Of a stretch of 64,000 nt of DNA, positions 57,525 to 64,000 are shown in pieces. Source of the stretch: a virus (Duplodnaviria; Caudoviricetes); the IMG/VR virus record IMGVR_UViG_2568526014_000001, positions 5,958 through 69,957 of that record. One strand, written 5' to 3'. Every line of letters starts with the position of its first letter. Within the stretch, counting starts at the first letter, position 1. A program made the translations under genes and the position numbers. A model generated the notes under the pieces. That model was not told where the DNA came from, did not search any database, and saw nothing but the letters and a program-made list of their open reading frames with translations.

Positions 57525-59021
57525 GTGCTGACCAAAGCCGATTTCCAGAAGCTGATCCGCGACACGATCGCCGATTACCCAGCGATCGCGCCGCTGTACC
57601 ACGCAGGCGATCCGAGAATCACACAGCATCTGGACGCCATGGCGACAATGCTGGGCGCGCTGTCGGCTCAGATAGAAGTCGCGCAGATCGAGCCGTTCGA
57701 GAAAACGCGCGACAGCACGGTGATGGCCGATGCCGCAATGCGCGGCATCGTGCGCAAGGCGACGCCCGCGCGCGTGCTTGTTCGCGCGAGGAACGCTGGG
57801 TCCAGCCCATTCCTGATCGAGTCAGGGACTGCCGTGCTCGATTCCTCAGGCCTGCCGTATCGCGTTGAGACGGCCGCCACCGTGCCTCCTGGCGATGAGG
57901 CGACGTTCGAGGCCAGTCAACGGCGAGCGGTCACGTTCACGCATATCGTGAACGGAAGCGAGCCGTTCTACTCGATCCCGATCCCACCGGCCGACGATGA
58001 GGCTGTGCTGTGCGCGGTCGCCGTGAGCGACGGTGACGGCATCTACGAATACCGCGACCGCTACGTGAACACCATGCCGGAAGAACGCGTGTATCACGTC
58101 GAGGCCGACGACCAGCAGCAAGTCTATGTGCGCTTCGGCTTCGACGGCGTGGTCGGCGTCCAGCCGAAGGATGGCGCAGCGATCACATTGACGGTGTTCT
58201 ACACCGCGGGCGACGTGAGCCCTGATTTCGGCAGCCCGTTTGCGTTCGCGTATCTGAGCTCACCGTCCGAGGCTGCTGTCGACATGAAGATGGATGCATT
58301 ACTGGCCGCCGGCCAGAACCCGATGCCGATGTCGGTGCTGCGGGATCTCGCGCGCTACCCGTCGATCTACAACGGGAACGCGGTGTTCCTCGGTGAATTT
58401 GATTTCCTGGTGCGCCGGACATTCCCGACGTTGCAGTTCCTTTCCGTGTGGAATGAGGCAACAGAGGAGGCGGCTCGCGGGGCCAGCTTGGACAACATCA
58501 ACGCGCTGTTTATCGCCTGCCTGTCGAGCGACGGAGGCGAGGCGATTCGGGGCGAGGGCGACTCGCGCCACCCAGCGCCTGCCGTCGAGATCGAGGATGC
58601 CGACCTGACGGCCACGCAGATCGCAATCAAGGCGGCCGTGCGCGCTGCCGACGACAGCTATCGTGTGCGGTTCTTCACACCGGTCATCTCGCGGATCCGG
58701 ATGACCATCAATGCCACGGTATCGACGTCGTATATCGCTTCGGACGTGCGACGGAAGATCAGCGAAGCCTTGTTGCGTGAGTACGGTCGGGAAGCGAGTG
58801 CGTCGCGGCGTGGTCGAACCCGCCCGCGTTACAAGCGCGTCTATGCGTTGCTGCGCGAGAAGGTGCCGGCGCTGGCCGATGCCGGTTCCGACTTGACGGT
58901 CAGTATTGACGAGCCGTCCGGCATCCAGATCCGCCCGGAGATGTGGCGCTACCTGGATGCGGAAAGCCTGACCGTCAACGTCGCGACGGCCAACATCGTG
59001 ATCCCTTCCTGGGGCGCATAG
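57525..59021 (+). CDS. baseplate J-like protein (P1 BplA-like)
   Basis: VRFGFDGVVGVQP, GQNP...LRDLARYP. Confidence 0.75.
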   Translation: MLTKADFQKLIRDTIADYPAIAPLYHAGDPRITQHLDAMATMLGALSAQIEVAQIEPFEKTRDSTVMADAAMRGIVRKATPARVLVRARNAGSSPFLIESGTAVLDSSGLPYRVETAATVPPGDEATFEASQRRAVTFTHIVNGSEPFYSIPIPPADDEAVLCAVAVSDGDGIYEYRDRYVNTMPEERVYHVEADDQQQVYVRFGFDGVVGVQPKDGAAITLTVFYTAGDVSPDFGSPFAFAYLSSPSEAAVDMKMDALLAAGQNPMPMSVLRDLARYPSIYNGNAVFLGEFDFLVRRTFPTLQFLSVWNEATEEAARGASLDNINALFIACLSSDGGEAIRGEGDSRHPAPAVEIEDADLTATQIAIKAAVRAADDSYRVRFFTPVISRIRMTINATVSTSYIASDVRRKISEALLREYGREASASRRGRTRPRYKRVYALLREKVPALADAGSDLTVSIDEPSGIQIRPEMWRYLDAESLTVNVATANIVIPSWGA

Positions 59022-59024
59022 CGC

Positions 59025-59741
59025 ATGGCCTTCGATTTCTCGAATGCCCAGCTTCCGCGGCTCCTGCCGCTGGAGAACAGCTACGTCGAGAACGAGGTCG
59101 AGGCTGATCTCAAACGGCTGTTCTTGCATCTGTTCACGTCGGCGCTGGCACCTGCGCTGTTCGACGTGAACGTGCTTGGCATGGCGCACCTCGGTTCGTT
59201 TGAACTGGTGCGGCGGGCCGTCAATTCGGACGGCCTGGTGCTACTCCAGGGAGACGGTGAGGAGGCTTCCACGCGCTACCTGTATCGCGCCTGGAAAGCC
59301 GGCGATACGCAGGGGCGCGGTTTGCACTTCTTGCGCACCTACCTGCAGTTGCTCTTTCCGAACATCGGCACGGCCGTTCAGCTTTGGCACGGAAAGACGT
59401 CGCCGTACCCCAGTGACGTGCGGGAAGAGAGCGGCGTCGACGCTTTTCTGACCAGCCGGGTGCGTATCACGATCAACAGCTTTCCGGATCCGGAGAAGGA
59501 CGATCTCGTTCGCGGATGCCTGCCCAGTGTCATGCCCGCGCGCCTCGTACCTAGCCTGCGGCATCAAGTGACCAGCAACATCGGAAAAATGCGGCTGATC
59601 GCGGTAGGTAGCGGTGCGCAAAATTGGCACGTGTCGGGTGCCCTCGATCTGCTTGTGCCGATGGAGGGAACAGCCCAGTGGGTTGCTGCGGGTCACGGCA
59701 ATCCCGCCCAACTTTTGAATGCCAGAGGAACGATAGCGTGA
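59025..59741 (+). CDS. baseplate I-like protein
   Basis: RGLHFLRTYLQLLFP, FLTSRVRI; between baseplate J and fibre. Confidence 0.7.
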   Translation: MAFDFSNAQLPRLLPLENSYVENEVEADLKRLFLHLFTSALAPALFDVNVLGMAHLGSFELVRRAVNSDGLVLLQGDGEEASTRYLYRAWKAGDTQGRGLHFLRTYLQLLFPNIGTAVQLWHGKTSPYPSDVREESGVDAFLTSRVRITINSFPDPEKDDLVRGCLPSVMPARLVPSLRHQVTSNIGKMRLIAVGSGAQNWHVSGALDLLVPMEGTAQWVAAGHGNPAQLLNARGTIA

Positions 59742-61648
59742 GCGAACCGCTGAACCTGAAACTGACGACTGTAGGTCAGACCGCCATCTTCAATGCCCAG
59801 AACAACGGGCTCGACGTGACGCTGACTCACATCCAGTTCGGAACCGGGAATCGTGTTCCGGACAGAAAGGAGACGGCGCTCGTCTCACCGAAGCAACTTG
59901 CCACGATCGGGGCGGGCCAGAAGATATCGGACTCGCAGATCCGCATGTCGGCCGTGTTCATCGGGGCGTCGAACTACGAAGTGTGTGAGATCGGGATCTG
60001 GGCCGGTGAGCCGGGAGCGCCCGATTCCGTCCTCTTCGCGTACTGCTCGCAGGAGGCCGGCCGCTACGCGGTCATGTCCGCCGGTGTGGATTTCGTGTTC
60101 TCGTACGACATGAGCATCGACGAGGCGGTTGGCAACGTGGTGAAGATCATCGTCGATCCGAACGGTAGCGCGATGATTGCGCTGATGGCGTCGCACGAAG
60201 CCGCTGCCAATCCTCACCCCCAATACGCGACCCACGTCGAGGTGAAGACGAAGGTCGCTGATGTCGTCGGCGGCGCGCCTGGCCCGCTCGACACGCTCGG
60301 GAAGCTGGCGGGCGCGGTGGGCGGCGATCCAGGGTTTGGAAGAAAGGTTGTGCTCAAGGCCGGTGACACGATGACAGGCCCGCTCAACGTCCCCATCGTG
60401 CGCCTTACCGAAGGTTTGCCCGATGACGGGGCTGCGCCCCAGATATATAACGACCCCAGCAAGCGCAATATCGTGTTCCGAACCGGCTCGGCCGGCGCCT
60501 ATAGATACAGCCACATCAATGACGAGGGCATGTTGACGTTGCCCTTGAGGCCGACTTGGGGAGCGACGCCTTGGGATACGGACAACCTTGATCCTGGTGC
60601 GCTTGTGGCCAAAGCTGGCGGCACGATGACTGGGGCACTGTATCTGCCGAACGTGGCCCTCAATCAAGGTATGCGCGACGGTGATGCTGGCTCGGTCGTC
60701 TATAACGACCCTGGCAAGTGCAATCTCGTGTTCCGGACCGGGCCGGCCGGTGCCTACAACTACGGTGTCATCGATGAGCAAGGTACGTTGAGGTTGCCAA
60801 CTCGTCCGATGTGGAACGCTACGCCGTGGGACACCGGCAACTTCGATCCGAACAGGAAAGCGGCGATCGAATCTCCTGCTTTTGTCGGCAGTCCTAGCGC
60901 GCCCACGCCTAGCTTCGAAGACAACTCGACAAGAATTGCGACCACTGCATTTGTCGTGCGCGCTATAAGCACTGCGGATATCGGGGCGATTTACTTTGAA
61001 GCACGTTCACGACCTCGTGCAGGTCATCTCGTGTTGGACGGCGCGCTGCTTCTCCGAAAAGATTATCCGGCGTTGTGGTCATACGCACAGGAGAGTGGGG
61101 CGCTTGTATCTGACGCCAATTGGCACGACGATAACTGGGGTAATTTTTCTGACGGAGATGGTGCGACAACGTTTCGCGTACCGGAGCTTCGTGGCGAACA
61201 TATTCGATGTTGGGACAACGGTCGGGGCGTTGATAGCGGCCGCGTATGCGGTTCATGGCAAGACAGCATGAACCGCTCACATAGTCACGGCGCCACGGCG
61301 TCTGCGGCGCCAGACCACGTTCATACGGCATGGACTGACACACAGGGGTCGCATTACCACGTCGCGAAAGATCCTGGGCACTCGCACACGGTTGAAATGG
61401 GTCGTGTTGGCGTTGTCGCTGTCGACTATGGCCAAGGATGGGGGCCGTATAACTGGGATCGACAAGACATTCGATACACATCGCATACGGATACCGGAAT
61501 CTGGATCGACTGGGCGGGAAATCACGGTCACAACGTTGGTATCGGCGGCGGTGGCACGCACAGCCATGCCGTTACCGTCAGCGCAGATGGAGGAAGCGAA
61601 TCGCGTCCGCGCAACATCGCGCTGCTGGCAACGATGCGTGCTTATTGA
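59738..61648 (+). CDS. tail fibre protein
   Basis: HEAAANPHPQY, duplicated KAGxTMTG...TPWDT module, collar GDGATTFRVPELRGE, HxH repeats, ESRPRNIAL. Confidence 0.9.
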   Translation: MSEPLNLKLTTVGQTAIFNAQNNGLDVTLTHIQFGTGNRVPDRKETALVSPKQLATIGAGQKISDSQIRMSAVFIGASNYEVCEIGIWAGEPGAPDSVLFAYCSQEAGRYAVMSAGVDFVFSYDMSIDEAVGNVVKIIVDPNGSAMIALMASHEAAANPHPQYATHVEVKTKVADVVGGAPGPLDTLGKLAGAVGGDPGFGRKVVLKAGDTMTGPLNVPIVRLTEGLPDDGAAPQIYNDPSKRNIVFRTGSAGAYRYSHINDEGMLTLPLRPTWGATPWDTDNLDPGALVAKAGGTMTGALYLPNVALNQGMRDGDAGSVVYNDPGKCNLVFRTGPAGAYNYGVIDEQGTLRLPTRPMWNATPWDTGNFDPNRKAAIESPAFVGSPSAPTPSFEDNSTRIATTAFVVRAISTADIGAIYFEARSRPRAGHLVLDGALLLRKDYPALWSYAQESGALVSDANWHDDNWGNFSDGDGATTFRVPELRGEHIRCWDNGRGVDSGRVCGSWQDSMNRSHSHGATASAAPDHVHTAWTDTQGSHYHVAKDPGHSHTVEMGRVGVVAVDYGQGWGPYNWDRQDIRYTSHTDTGIWIDWAGNHGHNVGIGGGGTHSHAVTVSADGGSESRPRNIALLATMRAY

Positions 61649-61664
61649 GGAAGGAAGCGAAATC

Positions 61665-62426
61665 ATGATGATCCATCACTTCAACAGCGAGACCGGCGAG
61701 TACGTGAGCAGTTCTCTGGCTCTGCCTGATCCGAGAAACGAGAAGCGCTGGCTTATGCCCGCTTTTTCTACCGACACCCCGTTGCCGGATCGATCTCGAC
61801 ACACGTGGCCGTTCTGGCGCGACGGGGCGTGGACCTTGTTGCCTGACTATCGCGGGCGCGTGTTGTATCGCACGAGCAATGGCGAACCGGCGGAGATCTC
61901 GCGCGCGGGCGTGACGCCCGAAGAAACTGGCTTGACTGAGAAGGCTCGGCCGTCGGACGAGTATGTCTGGAACGATGGTGATTGGGCGGTCGATCCTCAG
62001 ATTGTGGCGGCAGCGAAACGCAAGCTCGCGATGGAGGATTTCGAGAAGCGCTACGCCGAGGCGCAGCGGCAGACGCTCGGCAAGGAAAGCGCGGTCGCGG
62101 CGGGATTGCTGGACGATCTCGCGACGGCCACGTTCCGCGCATGGAGCGCATATCAGATGCAGCTCGTCGACGTGATCAACGGTTCCGCATTCCCGGATCG
62201 TTGTGACTGGCCTGACAAGCCGACTGCTGACTCGATCGAGCAGATTCGCGGCGAGATCGAAGCGGAGAAGGCCCGTATCGCCGAGGGGCAAGCGCGAATC
62301 GATGCGTCGAAAGAGAAAGCCGAATCGAAGCCAACGGCAGGCGATTCGAGTAAAGACGACGCTCGACAGACGGATGACGCCAGTGAACCTTCCGTGAAAT
62401 CAACGGAGAAGGAGCCCGCCCAGTGA
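61665..62426 (+). CDS. tail fibre assembly chaperone
   Basis: IHHFNSETGEY...PDYRG...WSAYQ...WPDKP. Confidence 0.85.
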   Translation: MMIHHFNSETGEYVSSSLALPDPRNEKRWLMPAFSTDTPLPDRSRHTWPFWRDGAWTLLPDYRGRVLYRTSNGEPAEISRAGVTPEETGLTEKARPSDEYVWNDGDWAVDPQIVAAAKRKLAMEDFEKRYAEAQRQTLGKESAVAAGLLDDLATATFRAWSAYQMQLVDVINGSAFPDRCDWPDKPTADSIEQIRGEIEAEKARIAEGQARIDASKEKAESKPTAGDSSKDDARQTDDASEPSVKSTEKEPAQ

Positions 62427-62839
62427 TGGACAGACAGACATTGGTCGCCGAACTCAGCCGGGATGAAGGACGGCGGTTGATGCCCTACACCGACACCGTA
62501 GGCAAGATCACCATCGGCGTCGGTCGTAACCTCACCGACGTTGGCATCAGCGAGAGTGAATGCGACATGCTGCTCGCAGACGATATCGACCGCACGGTGG
62601 CCTGGCTTGACGCCAAGCTACCGTGGTGGCGAGAACTCGACTCGGTCCGACAGCGCGTGATGGTCAACATGGCATTCAATATGGGCGGCGGCCTGCTGAC
62701 GTTCGTGAACACCCTCGATGCGATAAAGCGAGGCGACTACGCTGCGGCATCAAAAGGCATGTTGGATTCGAAATGGGCAAGGCAGGTCGGTGCGCGCGCG
62801 ACGCGGCTCGCAGAGATGATGACCACCGGCAAATCTTGA
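62426..62839 (+). CDS. endolysin (GH24/T4-type lysozyme)
   Basis: DEGRRLMPYTDTVGKITIGVGRNL...NMAFNMG...SKWARQV. Confidence 0.92.
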   Translation: MDRQTLVAELSRDEGRRLMPYTDTVGKITIGVGRNLTDVGISESECDMLLADDIDRTVAWLDAKLPWWRELDSVRQRVMVNMAFNMGGGLLTFVNTLDAIKRGDYAAASKGMLDSKWARQVGARATRLAEMMTTGKS

Positions 62840-63186
62840 TGGAGGGGGCAGTGGACTACGTGCGTTACCTGACCGGCCCGCTATCCGTTTTCGCGGCAGG
62901 CGCGGCCGGCTCGCTCGTGCGGGTCGTCGTAGTGCCCCCTGCGAATCGTCGATTGATGTTCGCGCACATCATCATTGGCGCTCTGATGGCGCTGTTCGTC
63001 GCACCCGCGGTGGTCGAATACTGGTTGCGTGGCGACAGTATTGCTTTGCAGCGAGGCGTCGCGCTGGTGATCGGGACGGCTGGTCCGATCGTCGCTGAGA
63101 TCGCAATACGTGTGATTCAGCGACGTGGCGACAGAGTCGCAGAGGAACTGCTCGATCGCGTTGCGGGATCGGAGGAAAAGGAATGA
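62839..63186 (+). CDS. holin-like membrane protein
   Basis: Three hydrophobic segments, in lysis cassette. Confidence 0.65.
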   Translation: MEGAVDYVRYLTGPLSVFAAGAAGSLVRVVVVPPANRRLMFAHIIIGALMALFVAPAVVEYWLRGDSIALQRGVALVIGTAGPIVAEIAIRVIQRRGDRVAEELLDRVAGSEEKE

Positions 63187-63458
63187 GCGCTTTGATTTTG
63201 GTGTACGTGTTGCTTCACCTCGTGCTGTGCGCCGCGGTGGGATGGCTCCTGATTCTGCCGCAGTCGTTCGCGTGGCGCATCGTCCTGGGCATGACGCAGT
63301 TCGGTGGCCTCTGGAATCTCGCCGGGCTGATCTGGCTAGGCTACGACGAAGTGTGGCCGGGAGAGCCCGTGATCACGGGCGGGTTCTGCCTGGCCGTGCT
63401 CGGAATGATGTTCTTCAAGCAACCATTGGTGACACGGAAGAGGCCGCAGCAGTCATGA
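63183..63458 (+). CDS. holin/antiholin-like membrane protein
   Basis: Three TM segments, basic C-terminus. Confidence 0.6.
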   Translation: MSALILVYVLLHLVLCAAVGWLLILPQSFAWRIVLGMTQFGGLWNLAGLIWLGYDEVWPGEPVITGGFCLAVLGMMFFKQPLVTRKRPQQS

Positions 63459-64000
63459 TAGGGCGAGCAGGAGGATACATGCTTGCAGTTGCACTCTCGA
63501 TATCCGCGGGGGCGTATGGCATGCATGTGTTCGATGCGCGTGCTCTGGCTGCCGAAAAGGCCGAGCGCGCCACCGATGGGCAGAAGCATGCGGCTGATCT
63601 ACTGGCGATCTCGCGCACTGCGCTCGATGCCCAGCAGCGCGCGATTGCCGCTCACGATACGGCGGCTGCGCGCGTGGCCGCCGTGGACTCAAAATTCACG
63701 AAGGAGCGGATGGATCATGAGAACGACAATCGCCGTTATCGCGATGCTCTGGCTGCCGGCACTGACCAGCTGCGCGTCACGGTCCGAAACTGTTCTCCAG
63801 CCGGTGCCGACAGCTTGTCCGGAGCTGCCGGCGCCGCCAGCGTGGGCGATGGTGCCACCGCCGTCGCAGACCTCGACCGAGCGACTGCGGAACGCGCTTT
63901 CGCTGTCGCCGGCGACGATCAACGGGAAATCGATAAATTGAGGGCACTTCAAGAGTACGTATGCACAGTTCGCCCGGCAAGCCCCGGCTGCGTGCGTTAG
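63455..64000 (+). CDS. Rz-like i-spanin
   Basis: N-terminal TM, coiled coil, LRVTVRNC...LRALQEYV. Confidence 0.85.
   Translation: MIGRAGGYMLAVALSISAGAYGMHVFDARALAAEKAERATDGQKHAADLLAISRTALDAQQRAIAAHDTAAARVAAVDSKFTKERMDHENDNRRYRDALAAGTDQLRVTVRNCSPAGADSLSGAAGAASVGDGATAVADLDRATAERAFAVAGDDQREIDKLRALQEYVCTVRPASPGCVR
63717..63941 (+). CDS. Rz1-like o-spanin lipoprotein (nested in Rz)
   Basis: Lipobox LTSC, Pro-rich CPELPAPPAWAM, alternate frame within Rz. Confidence 0.8.
   Translation: MRTTIAVIAMLWLPALTSCASRSETVLQPVPTACPELPAPPAWAMVPPPSQTSTERLRNALSLSPATINGKSIN

Overview
About 64 kb of a GC-rich prophage, probably from a Burkholderiaceae host (inferred from GC content and IS types). It runs from the immunity region to the lysis cassette; no intact integrase or att site is in the window. 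The early region (0.7-12 kb) is lambdoid: CI/Cro, two DNA methyltransferases, ParB-like, Rha/KilAC, and an O/P-like replicon with iterons. The late region is P1-like (myovirus): terminase, Pro protease, capsid, sheath, tube, baseplate, Hdf/DarA-like polyvalent protein, portal, tape measure, fibre, lysis. Three cargo blocks each sit just upstream of a late promoter. (i) 15-28 kb holds a Doc-like toxin, TIGR02391, HEPN-like, T5orf172, VapBC, a Schlafen/AlbA protein, two IS5 elements, two C4-like antisense RNA modules and a BRO antirepressor. (ii) 39.5-43.1 kb is a five-gene island: Gly-rich/HIRAN-like, PfkB-NDT fusion, QueC-like, SagB-like and Ogg-like glycosylase, a candidate nucleobase-modification defence system. 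(iii) 56.5-57.2 kb holds a BECR-type nuclease followed by a tandem structured RNA. Non-coding patterns read directly from the sequence: a GGAAAA-N29-(T/G)AnnnT late promoter in 7 copies, small antisense RNA units (promoter, hairpin, terminator) behind each LPD3 domain inside the darA-like gene, and a repeat at cargo-gene junctions. All family calls are by-eye motif recognition, not database searches.
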